Assembly: GCA_965227295.1 (NCBI GenBank)
Contig: OZ245742.1
Location: 5,664,001-5,728,000, forward strand
DNA length: 64,000 nucleotides
DNA from: Leptonemataceae bacterium
Lineage (GTDB): Bacteria; Spirochaetota; Leptospiria; Leptospirales; Leptonemataceae
Direction: 5' to 3'
Below are positions 18,688 to 27,442 of this stretch, in pieces. Numbering within the stretch: position 1 is the stretch's first letter; each line of letters begins with the position of its first letter. The translations under genes and the position numbers were made by a program. The notes beneath the pieces were generated by a model, which saw nothing but the letters and a program-made list of their open reading frames with translations, did not search any database and was not told where the DNA came from.

Positions 18688-20355
18688 ATGAGCAGCTTTA
18701 AAGAAAGCTTCATGCTCCCGAAGCTCCCTCCTTACGATCCCATCGAACTCCGCAAACAGCCCTTCACCGAACAGGCGCGCCAGGCCTGCGCCGCCTGGGC
18801 CCTGGAGGGCTACGGTTCTCCGCCGTCGGTCTACCTAGTCTACGCCCTGAAGGTCGTCGGTTACATCGCCGGCTGGATCGCGTTCTGCGGGTTCACGCCC
18901 GGCCTCGGATCCTGGACCTCCATCGATTGGTGGCTGCATCCGGTGGCGTTCCAGAAGGCCATTGCCTGGAGCATGCTCTTTGAAGTGCTCGGCCTCGGTT
19001 GCGGCAGCGGCCCGCTGACCGGTCGTTATCTGCCGCCCCTCGGCGGTTTTCTGTATTTTCTACGCCCCGGCACCACGAAGCTGCCGTTCTTTCCGGGCGT
19101 ACCGCTCATCGGCACCATCCGCCGCACGGTCCTCGACGCCGGCCTCTATCTCGCGCTGATCATCTTCAGTGTGCTGGCCCTCATTCATCCGCAGCCCGGC
19201 TACGCCCAGTGGCTGCCGCTGTTCATACTGGTACCGCTGCTCGGCCTGCTCGATAAAACCATCTTCCTCGCCGCGCGCGCCGAACACTACTGGGTCACGA
19301 TCACGGTCTTCGCCTTCGCGCAAAACTGGATCGCCGGGGCCATGGTGGTGCAACTCGCGCTCTGGTTCTACGCCGGCCTCTCGAAGTTGAATCATCACTT
19401 CCCCACCGTCGTCTGTGTGATGGCCTCCAACGGCCCGTTCACGCCCTGGCAGTGGTTCCGCAAGAAGATGTACCGGGACTACCCGAACGACCTCAATCCC
19501 TCGGACGCGGCCGTCATAAAGTCCCGCATCGGCACGGCCCTGGAGTTCAGCGTGCCCATCGTCATGTTGATCGGCCTCTTCAGCGGTTCGTATACGATCA
19601 TCATCGCCGGCCTGGTGTTGATGTTGATGCTGCACAGCTACATTACTTCCAACGTGCCCATGGGTGTGCCCATCGAGTGGAACTTCATGGTGGTCTACGC
19701 CGGTTTCTTTTTGTTCGGCGCCAACTCGCACATCATGCCGCTCGCCGTGGGCAACGTGCCCCTGGCGATCTTTCTCGTCGTAGTTTCCGTGATCCTGCCG
19801 TTCGTCGGCAACATCATCCCGGAACGTTTTTCGTTTCTCCTTGCCATGCGTTACTACGCCGGCAACTGGCCCATGGGCGTGTGGCTGTTCAAGGGTGACG
19901 CCCACAAGAAACTCGATCGTCTCAAGAAGTCGTCGCCCTGGGTCCTCGACCAGTTGAACATGTTGTATCCGGAGAAGATCGGTCGCGCGGTGGCCTCGAA
20001 GCTCATGGCGTTCCGGCTCATGCACCTGCACGGCCGCGCCCTGCCCGGTCTCGTGGACAAGGCCGTGGGCGATCGTTTCACCGACTATACCTGGATGGAC
20101 GGCGAGGTGGTCTGCGGCCTGGTGCTGGGCTACAACTTCGGCGAAGGCCATCTGCACAAAGAGCAGATGATCGAGGCCATGCAGCAGCAGTGCGAGTTCG
20201 AAGAAGGCGAGGTGCGCGTCATTTTGATGGAACCGCAATCGCTCTTTGGTTATACTCAGGAGTACCGCATCGTCGACGCGAAGACGGGCCTCATGGAAAA
20301 GGGCCGCGTCGACATGCGCCCACTGCGCACGACGCAGCCCTGGCAACATGCCTGA
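18688..20355 (+). CDS. DUF3556 family membrane protein
   Basis: LGLGCGSGPLTGRY, DKTIFLAARAEHY, SKLNHHFPTVV, PMGVPIEWN, MRYYAGNW and NFGEGHLH motifs recalled for DUF3556. Confidence 0.85.
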   Translation: MSSFKESFMLPKLPPYDPIELRKQPFTEQARQACAAWALEGYGSPPSVYLVYALKVVGYIAGWIAFCGFTPGLGSWTSIDWWLHPVAFQKAIAWSMLFEVLGLGCGSGPLTGRYLPPLGGFLYFLRPGTTKLPFFPGVPLIGTIRRTVLDAGLYLALIIFSVLALIHPQPGYAQWLPLFILVPLLGLLDKTIFLAARAEHYWVTITVFAFAQNWIAGAMVVQLALWFYAGLSKLNHHFPTVVCVMASNGPFTPWQWFRKKMYRDYPNDLNPSDAAVIKSRIGTALEFSVPIVMLIGLFSGSYTIIIAGLVLMLMLHSYITSNVPMGVPIEWNFMVVYAGFFLFGANSHIMPLAVGNVPLAIFLVVVSVILPFVGNIIPERFSFLLAMRYYAGNWPMGVWLFKGDAHKKLDRLKKSSPWVLDQLNMLYPEKIGRAVASKLMAFRLMHLHGRALPGLVDKAVGDRFTDYTWMDGEVVCGLVLGYNFGEGHLHKEQMIEAMQQQCEFEEGEVRVILMEPQSLFGYTQEYRIVDAKTGLMEKGRVDMRPLRTTQPWQHA

Positions 20356-21841
20356 GAACGCGAAAGATTTTTCTACTAATAGTTACGGATTCTCCGCTAA
20401 CGAGTACGACGCCGTCATCATCGGCTCCGGGCCGAACGGCCTGGCCGCGGCGGCGGTGCTCACGGATGCCGGCGCCCGGGTGCTCGTCCTGGAAATGGCC
20501 GACGAGTTCGGCGGCGGCACGCGCACCGCGGAACTCACGCTCCCGGGATTTCACCACGACGTCTGCTCCGCCGCCCATCCCATGGGCATCCTCTCGCCGT
20601 ACTTAAAGACGCTGCCCCTGGAACGTTACGGACTGCGCTGGATCCAACCTCCGGTTTCGGTGGCCCATCCTCTCGCCGACGAACCCGCGGTGCTGATGCA
20701 TCTTTCCATCGAAGAAACCGCGGCGAACCTGGACCCGGAAGACGCGCGCGCCTACGAAAAACTCTATCGATCGTTCGTCCGCCACGGCGAAGATCTCTTG
20801 AGCGATGCCCTGGGTCCGTTGAATCGATTTCCGGCGCGGCCGCTGCAGATGATGCGCTTCGGCCTCCTGGGCCTGCGTTCGGCGGCGGGCCTCGCGAAGT
20901 CCCGCTTTCGCGGCCAACGCGCCCGGGCCCTCTTCGCCGGCTGCGCCGCGCACTCGATCCTGCCGCTTTCGTCGCCGCTCTCGGCGGCCCTGGGCCTGGT
21001 ATTTACGGTGACGGGGCACCTGGCGCGCTGGCCGGTGGCCGCCGGCGGCTCCCGGAACATTACTAAGGCACTTTCAGCATACATTAGCGACCGCGGCGGA
21101 GAACTCCGGGCCGGCGTGCGGGTCCGCAGCCTGGAAGATCTTCCGCCGGCGAAGGCCGTGCTCTTCGACACGTCTCCGGCCGAACTCCTGAACATCGCTA
21201 AAGATGCGCTGCCCGCAGGTTACGTAAAAAAACTCCGGCGGTATCGCTACGGGCCGGGCGTCTTCAAACTGGACTGGGCTCTCGACGGCCCGATTCCCTG
21301 GAAAGACGAGCGCTGCCTGCAGGCATCCACGGTGCACGTCGGCGGCACGCTGGACGAGATTGCCGCGGCCGAGTTCGAGGTGGGCGCCGGGCGCCACGCC
21401 GAACGACCGTACGTGCTGGCCGTCCAACAATCGCAATTCGATGACAGCCGCGCACCGGCCGGCAAACATACCGGCTACGCCTACATTCACGTGCCGGGGG
21501 GATCGACTCTGGATCAGAGCGATGTGCTGGAGTCGCAGATCGAACGTTTCGCCCCGGGTTTTCGGGATCGCATCCTGGCGCGCCGGGCCATGCACGCCAT
21601 GGACTTCGAGGCCTACAATCCGAACTACATCGGCGGCGCCATCACCGGCGGTGTCGCCGATCTGCCCCAGGCCTTTCTACGACCGGTCGCCCGCTTCGAT
21701 CCTTACAGTACACCGAACAAACATTTGTACATCTGTTCGGCGGCCACGCCGCCCGGCGGCGGCGTGCACGGCATGTGCGGATACTTCGCCGCGCAGAGTG
21801 TACTGAAGCGGCTTCGGAAGCTTTCCATAAAACGGTTTTGA
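20348..21841 (+). CDS. phytoene desaturase-like NAD(P)/FAD-dependent oxidoreductase
   Basis: DAVIIGSGPNGLAAA, GGGTRTAELTLPGFHHDVCSAAHP and CSAATPPGGGVHGMCG motifs; overlaps the upstream stop. Confidence 0.92.
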   Translation: MPENAKDFSTNSYGFSANEYDAVIIGSGPNGLAAAAVLTDAGARVLVLEMADEFGGGTRTAELTLPGFHHDVCSAAHPMGILSPYLKTLPLERYGLRWIQPPVSVAHPLADEPAVLMHLSIEETAANLDPEDARAYEKLYRSFVRHGEDLLSDALGPLNRFPARPLQMMRFGLLGLRSAAGLAKSRFRGQRARALFAGCAAHSILPLSSPLSAALGLVFTVTGHLARWPVAAGGSRNITKALSAYISDRGGELRAGVRVRSLEDLPPAKAVLFDTSPAELLNIAKDALPAGYVKKLRRYRYGPGVFKLDWALDGPIPWKDERCLQASTVHVGGTLDEIAAAEFEVGAGRHAERPYVLAVQQSQFDDSRAPAGKHTGYAYIHVPGGSTLDQSDVLESQIERFAPGFRDRILARRAMHAMDFEAYNPNYIGGAITGGVADLPQAFLRPVARFDPYSTPNKHLYICSAATPPGGGVHGMCGYFAAQSVLKRLRKLSIKRF

Positions 21842-21915
21842 ACTCCGAGGACCGAGGTTCCGAGGAAAAGAGGAGGTTGCCACCACACTCTCATTCTTCC
21901 CTCGATCCTCGGAGT
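21842..21915. repeat. REP-like inverted repeat between convergent genes (same family as 10186-10323)
   Basis: ACTCCGAGGACCGAGG (21842-21857) versus CCTCGATCCTCGGAGT (21900-21915), 1 mismatch. Confidence 0.75.
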
Positions 21916-21927
21916 CAATCTTCCTTT

Positions 21928-23547
21928 TCAGGCCGCGCCGGCCGCCGCGTTTTTTGCGGCCTTGAGGACCTTCATGAATCCGATGCCGTCCGGGATGGCC
22001 CCTAATGTCGCCATAGCGCCCATTAAGGCGCCGGCGACGCCGGGGCTGCTGACGTCGGCGCCGGTAAGATACAGTCCCTCCACCGGCGTCGCGGCCTGGC
22101 ACCAGGGCGCCACGTCGGAACGAAAGCGCTCGCGCACTGCCGGCACGCCGTAGATCGAACCGCGCGGATGGCCGGTGAAGTACGAAACGGTGAGCGGTGT
22201 CGACAACTCGCGGTATTCGATGAGATCGGCAAAGCCCGGATACTTGCCGTTGATGTAGGCGACCAGGTCATCGGCGATCTTCGTCTTGAAGGCCTCGTAG
22301 TCTTCGCCGCGACGTTTCCAGGTCGTTTCTTTCCATTTCGCGAACGGTTCGTACGGCGTGAGTGCGATGATTTCCGCCGTGTGTCCTTTGGCCTCCGGGT
22401 TTTTCAGTGAGGGAAACGAAAGATACGCGCCGCCGAGAGCGCCCGTGCCTTCGAGCCAGCCCTCGGCGCCGCCGAAGTTTTGGTCATGATTGTAGCTTTC
22501 GTAAATCCAGTGGTTTTCTCCCGCGAACCCCAGGGACCGCGGATCGTCTTTCAAGCCGCAGTAGAGTGTCACCGAGGCCGTCACCGGCATGTTCTTGTAG
22601 AATTCGTTCAGTTCGTTCTTGAACGGAACCGCCGCGCTTTCCGGCAGCAGCCGGTTGTAGGTTACGTGAGCGCCCGCGTTCGAGATGATCAACGGTGCGC
22701 GAAATTCCATGACGTCCGCTTCGCCCTTACGCGCCGTTAACTTGCGCGCACGAACACCTACGGCCTTGCCGTTTTCAACGAGGATCTCCTCCACCTCGTG
22801 AGACAACAACACCTGACCGCCCTTTTCTTCGAGGACGGGCTTCACGGCCTTCGCAATCGAGCCGGCGCCGCCCGTGGGATAATAACCGCCGTTGAGATAA
22901 TGCGCGACGACACTGGCGTGGATCATGAACGAACTCTTTGACGGTGGAATGCCGTAGTCGCCCCACTGAGATTGCAAGAGCGCGCGCAACTGCGGGTTCC
23001 GGAAGTTTTTGTCGAAGTACTGCTGCACCGTGATGTCCGCCGTATCGAAGCCGCTGATATTCAACTGCGATTTGACTTTGTCGACGAAGGGCTCGGATGA
23101 TTTCATGTTGTGCCGGCCGAACCAGGCGTTGGTCTTGCGCACGTCTTCGAAGTAAGCCTCGACGGCCTCGCGTTCGTCCGGGAATTTTTCGATGACCGCG
23201 GCCTTGTAACGATCCTCGCCCGTGGGCACGGCGAACGTGAAGTCCGGGTACACGAACTTTTCGAAGTGATCCGGCATGGGGTTCCAGCCGATGTTTCCGC
23301 GACCGATGATGTCAAAGAGCGTGCGCAGTACCGAGGCTTTGCCCATGTCGCCGATGTAATGGATGCCCACGTCCCAGCTCCATTTTTGTTTGCGGCCGAA
23401 CTCGTGGGTAAAACCGCCCATTACATAGTGCCGCTCCAGCATGAGCACGCGTTTGTCGCGGAACTGGGCGAGAATCGAAGCGGCGGCCATGGCCCCCATG
23501 CCGCTGCCGATGAAGATTACGTCGTAATTGTTTTCGTTCTGAGTCAT
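21928..23547 (-). CDS. phytoene desaturase family / retinol saturase-like FAD oxidoreductase
   Basis: YDVIFIGSGMG, LERHYVMGGFTHEF, WDVGIHYIG, QWGDYG, GGYYP and GLYLTGADV...GVAGA motifs; GGAGG SD upstream of ATG 23547. Confidence 0.92.
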   Translation of the reverse strand: MTQNENNYDVIFIGSGMGAMAAASILAQFRDKRVLMLERHYVMGGFTHEFGRKQKWSWDVGIHYIGDMGKASVLRTLFDIIGRGNIGWNPMPDHFEKFVYPDFTFAVPTGEDRYKAAVIEKFPDEREAVEAYFEDVRKTNAWFGRHNMKSSEPFVDKVKSQLNISGFDTADITVQQYFDKNFRNPQLRALLQSQWGDYGIPPSKSSFMIHASVVAHYLNGGYYPTGGAGSIAKAVKPVLEEKGGQVLLSHEVEEILVENGKAVGVRARKLTARKGEADVMEFRAPLIISNAGAHVTYNRLLPESAAVPFKNELNEFYKNMPVTASVTLYCGLKDDPRSLGFAGENHWIYESYNHDQNFGGAEGWLEGTGALGGAYLSFPSLKNPEAKGHTAEIIALTPYEPFAKWKETTWKRRGEDYEAFKTKIADDLVAYINGKYPGFADLIEYRELSTPLTVSYFTGHPRGSIYGVPAVRERFRSDVAPWCQAATPVEGLYLTGADVSSPGVAGALMGAMATLGAIPDGIGFMKVLKAAKNAAAGAA

Positions 23548-23565
23548 GATCACTCCTCCGCCGGC

Positions 23566-23638
23566 CGGAGCCGGGAATGTTGCCAACGGTAACATTCCCG
23601 GCTCCGAAAGCAAGCAAAAAAGTTACCAGTGGAAACAT
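23566..23638. promoter_or_regulatory. probable TetR operator pair in a divergent promoter region
   Basis: 41-bp palindrome CGGAGCCGGGAATGTTGCC-AAC-GGTAACATTCCCGGCTCCG (23566-23606, one mismatch) and a related site AAGTTACCAGTGGAAACAT (23620-23638). Confidence 0.65.
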
Positions 23639-23702
23639 CCGTTTTTCTTCGCGGCCGCGGGAATTTCCTTGTCCCGTTCCGGCGACCGTGCTCGACTGGC
23701 CC

Positions 23703-24347
23703 GTGGCCCGGAGCGCATCACAGGCGGCCTCTAAGAAAGAGGCGCGTCCCTATCATGTCGGCGACCTGCGCGCGAAGTTGATCGCCGCGGGCCTGGACCT
23801 GGTCCGTACGGACGGCGGGGAACGCGAGCTGAGTCTGCGCCGGGTGGCCCGGGCGGCCGGCGTCACCCATACGGCGGCGTATCGTCACTTCGACGACCGC
23901 GACGCGCTGATCGCCGCCATGGCCGAAGAAGGCTACCGCAAGTTCTACGAGTACCAGAGCGAGCGCCTGGTCGACGCGGGCGAGGACTTCGGCGAACGCT
24001 TTCGCAGCTTAGGTTACGCTTACGTAAGCTTTACGATCGAGAATCCCGAGTACGCCCGGCTCATGTTCGGCCGCGGGGGCATCGACTTCAAGGCCTATCC
24101 GGCGCTCGTCGCCGCGGCCACCCGCACGTTCCGGCGGCTACAGGAAATCATCCGCCTGGGTCAGCGTGTGGGTTTGATCAAGGGCGGGCGCAGCAAGGAG
24201 AAAACGCTCGCGGCCTGGTCCATGGTGCACGGACTGTCCATGTTGATCCTGGACGGCCAGATCAGCCTGCGCGGCGGAGCGGACGACCCGGCGACGGAGG
24301 CCCTGGTTACGTCGGTGATCGGTTTTGTTTATTCGGGAATGCAGTAA
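23703..24347 (+). CDS. TetR/AcrR family transcriptional regulator (WHG-type C-terminal domain)
   Basis: YHVGDLRAKLI...LSLRRVARAAGVTHTAAYRHF helix-turn-helix; WSMVHGL motif. Start uncertain (ORF open from 23577). Confidence 0.92.
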   Translation: MARSASQAASKKEARPYHVGDLRAKLIAAGLDLVRTDGGERELSLRRVARAAGVTHTAAYRHFDDRDALIAAMAEEGYRKFYEYQSERLVDAGEDFGERFRSLGYAYVSFTIENPEYARLMFGRGGIDFKAYPALVAAATRTFRRLQEIIRLGQRVGLIKGGRSKEKTLAAWSMVHGLSMLILDGQISLRGGADDPATEALVTSVIGFVYSGMQ

Positions 24348-24364
24348 CGACGCGGGCTTAAGGC

Positions 24365-25105
24365 GTGTACAATCCGGTCCAGAAAGGCATAGAAAAATCG
24401 GTGCGCTCCGTGCGTTACACCGAGGTGGAGCCGCCGGTAGATCTTTCCACCTTCGTCCATCGTTTCTGGGAGATCAGATCGGAACGAAAGTTAAACGAGG
24501 ACTTTGTGTTTCATGTCCTGCCCGACGCCTGCATCCACCTGGTCTTTAACCTGACCGCTCCGGGAACCGCCGGGCTTACGGCATTGCGCACCGGCGCTGA
24601 AGAACTGAATCTCGGCAGAAGCTTTCACTTTGTCGGCGCGAGATTTCTGCCGGGCATCTGGCGGGGCGGCCGTAGTGAGATCGTTCGCGGCGTCGTTGAT
24701 TCTCCGTATGCGGGGAACCTGCCGTTGATTGAGGTGAGCCGTGAACTCGCGCGTAAAAGTTTTTCGGCAATGCAGCCCGTCTTATCGAATCTGGTCCGGC
24801 AGTTGATCGCGCAAAAATTGCTCACTGATGACGAAGTCACAACCTGTCTACTGGCGAATCTCGACGAGATCGATTCGGTGAGCGACATGGCGAATGCGGT
24901 GGGCATGTCGGCGCGCCAGTTACAGCGGGTCATCCGACAAACAACAGGATTCAGTCCCCACGATCTTCTGAAAGTACTGCGCCTGCAGAAGTCGTTCGTG
25001 CGGAACTACCTGGATTTTTACGCGGACCAATCTCACTATATTCATTCGTTTCGCAGAATCACCGGCTACACTCCGAAAAAGTACGCCGGCAAATTCGGTG
25101 TCTGA
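24365..25105 (+). CDS. AraC-type HTH regulator (DUF6597-like N-terminal domain)
   Basis: VLPDACIHLVF, GARFLPG, MSARQLQR...TGFSP and YADQSHYIHSFRRITGYTP motifs. Confidence 0.85.
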   Translation: MYNPVQKGIEKSVRSVRYTEVEPPVDLSTFVHRFWEIRSERKLNEDFVFHVLPDACIHLVFNLTAPGTAGLTALRTGAEELNLGRSFHFVGARFLPGIWRGGRSEIVRGVVDSPYAGNLPLIEVSRELARKSFSAMQPVLSNLVRQLIAQKLLTDDEVTTCLLANLDEIDSVSDMANAVGMSARQLQRVIRQTTGFSPHDLLKVLRLQKSFVRNYLDFYADQSHYIHSFRRITGYTPKKYAGKFGV

Positions 25106-25174
25106 TTTATACAATACAGCCGGGCCGGAATCGGTTACTCTCCACGTTATATTTTACGTCGAGAGGAATTGGAG

Positions 25175-25549
25175 ATGAGGAAGGCGGGTTTTTTCGATAT
25201 TTATGTAGAGGAAATGGATCGGGCACAGAAGTTCTACGAAGCGGTACTGGATACGAAGCTTCAGAAAATGGACGACCCGAACGACAGCAGCGTGGAAATG
25301 CGCATGTTTGCCGATGATTTCCAGTCCCACGGCGCGGGCGGCGCTCTGGTGAAGATGGACGCCGCCAGGCCGGGCCCCGGCGGAACGATGATCTACTTTA
25401 CGTGTGAAGACTGTTCCGTGGAAGAAGGCCGCGTCGAGAAAGCCGGCGGCAAGATTATCCGGCCGAAATTCCCCATCGGAGAACACGGCTTTGTCTCACT
25501 CGCCGCCGATACCGAGGGCAACATGATCGGCTTGCATTCGATGAAGTAG
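25175..25549 (+). CDS. VOC/glyoxalase family protein
   Basis: FDIYVEEMDRAQKFY...GGALVKM...IYF...GGKI...DTEGNMIGLHS motifs. Confidence 0.92.
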   Translation: MRKAGFFDIYVEEMDRAQKFYEAVLDTKLQKMDDPNDSSVEMRMFADDFQSHGAGGALVKMDAARPGPGGTMIYFTCEDCSVEEGRVEKAGGKIIRPKFPIGEHGFVSLAADTEGNMIGLHSMK

Positions 25550-25584
25550 GTCGAGGCGCGATCCGGAACAATTACGGCATTCTC

Positions 25585-25895
25585 ACCGCAGAGGTGCGGA
25601 GGGCGCGAAGTGGAGGATGGTTTGCGGGATTGAATGCTAACGCTGATTGGTGATGACGCGCGCGAGCGCGTCCAGTGCGGTTGCCGAAGATGTATCTTCT
25701 TTCACGATGCCGGTGGGCCTTTAACGCTTCGATTTCCGCATCGCCGCGCCCAAATCCGCGACGAAAACTCTCGACCTCGAAAAGAATTTTTGACACTTCA
25801 CTCAAACTCTCCGCACCCTTCGCGCCTCCGCGGTAAAGACGTAACGATCGTACCCGCCGAGACACAAAACTCAGTGTCCTCGGCGCCTCGGTGGT
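25585..25895. repeat. REP-like GAG/CTC-rich imperfect inverted arms between convergent genes
   Basis: ACCGCAGAGGTGCGGAGGGCGCGAAG (25585-25610) versus CTCCGCACCCTTCGCGCCTCCGCGGT (25809-25834), 5 differences; an extra right-arm-like copy ends at 25895. Confidence 0.55.
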
Positions 25896-25904
25896 TTATA
25901 AAAC

Positions 25905-27314
25905 CTACCGCACGTCCTTCACATGAAAGTGCAAATCCACCGGCAAGATCTTCGGGAACAGCGTGATCATGATCGTCCCGGCGACGTACATCCACAGCCC
26001 GAATAATCCCGACACCGCAAACATGGACGAGTGAAAGTCCCCCATGCGATCCTGTAAGAGAATCGCGATGGTCATGGCCAGGGCGGCGTTCTGTAGTCCC
26101 GTTTCCAATGCGATGGCGCGGGTTTGAAAGTTATCGACGCGCAGGATCTTCGCGACCACGAGGCTGAAGACCATGGCCGAGAGCGTCAGCGTAAGTACCA
26201 CCGCGTAGAAACTAAGGCCGTAGCGGTCGAAGTCCAGGAAGTGGTGCAGGTTGTTCAGGATGCCCGTAATGATCAAGAACAGCAGCGCGAACACGCCCAG
26301 GCCCGAAAAGTATTTCTCGGACGCCTTCGCGAAGTTCTCGAAGCGCGCGCGAATGCCGAGGCCCACGAGCAGCGGCACGATCACCAATACCAGTATCTGC
26401 ACGATGACGTCTTTCACCGGGATCTCGACGTTGGGTACTCCGGCGGCGTAGAGTTGCAGCAAGAGCGGCGTGAATACGAGCGAGAGAATCGTGGATACGC
26501 CGGTCATGGAAACCGAGAGCGCCAAATCGCCCTTCGCCCAGTAGGTCATGAGATTCGAAGTCACGCCGCCGGGCGACGCCGAAACAAGAATGAGGCCGAT
26601 GAAAATAAACGGATAGCTCTCCGGATAACCGGCGGCGCTGCCCAGGAGATACGCGAGGAACGGCAGCAATCCGAACTGGCACAGCGGCCCCACGATCATG
26701 GCGCGAGGTTTGATGGCCACCATGGCGAAGTCGCGCACGGTGAGCGTCATGCCCATGCCCATCATCACGAAAAAGAGCATGAGCACGATGAAGATAAAAA
26801 ACAAACGATCGATGAAGCCGCGTTCGGGCACGGACTCGAGGCGCGCGAAGTGCCAGAGTTCGCCGTCCACCGTGGCGGTGCCGGCGCGCACGTTGAACTT
26901 CATTTTGTTTTTGATTTTATCGGCGATGCCGGCGTAGGGCGAGTCGCTTTCGGCGGCCAGGGCGGAAGCGTCCTCCGGAATGGAGAGGATGTAGATGTCA
27001 TCGTCGAGGGAGCGCACGAGATAGAGTCCGCGCACCGCGATGCCGGCGTCCGTGTGCACATCGAGGCGGCGCAGGTTGCCGGTGAACTCCAGGGCTTCGG
27101 CGTTTTCGTAATTGTAGTCCCGCGCCGCGTCGGACAACTTCGCGAACAACACCGCGGCATCGAGGCTGCGCTGCATCTTCAGCAGGCGTTCGTACTGTTC
27201 CTCTCCGGAGACCTCTTGCGGTTGTGCCGGTTCGTCTTGCGCTCGCAGGACCGCCGTGCTGACGACTGCCGCCGCCACGGCGATGATGAGAATGTTGTTT
27301 TTATGTTTTCGCAT
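25905..27314 (-). CDS. bile acid:sodium symporter family protein with an N-terminal exported domain
   Basis: MMGMGMTLT, QFGLLP, SPGGVTSNLMTYWAKGDLALSVSMT and ALETGLQNAALA motifs; signal peptide plus ~150-aa soluble extension. Confidence 0.9.
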   Translation of the reverse strand: MRKHKNNILIIAVAAAVVSTAVLRAQDEPAQPQEVSGEEQYERLLKMQRSLDAAVLFAKLSDAARDYNYENAEALEFTGNLRRLDVHTDAGIAVRGLYLVRSLDDDIYILSIPEDASALAAESDSPYAGIADKIKNKMKFNVRAGTATVDGELWHFARLESVPERGFIDRLFFIFIVLMLFFVMMGMGMTLTVRDFAMVAIKPRAMIVGPLCQFGLLPFLAYLLGSAAGYPESYPFIFIGLILVSASPGGVTSNLMTYWAKGDLALSVSMTGVSTILSLVFTPLLLQLYAAGVPNVEIPVKDVIVQILVLVIVPLLVGLGIRARFENFAKASEKYFSGLGVFALLFLIITGILNNLHHFLDFDRYGLSFYAVVLTLTLSAMVFSLVVAKILRVDNFQTRAIALETGLQNAALAMTIAILLQDRMGDFHSSMFAVSGLFGLWMYVAGTIMITLFPKILPVDLHFHVKDVR

Positions 27315-27442
27315 GAAGGACTCCTATCATAGGAGTGGCACCCCGCCCGTGCGCCGCAAGCGAATTTCCGGGGATCCTGCCGCGATTTCGATATGTCCCC
27401 CTTCCCGACTTCCATCGACTTGCGGACAGCAAAATGAATCCA

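Noticed and set aside
20348..23547. Carotenoid biosynthesis cluster
   Set aside because: No crtB, crtE or crtY in the window; both enzymes belong to broad CrtI-like oxidoreductase subfamilies.
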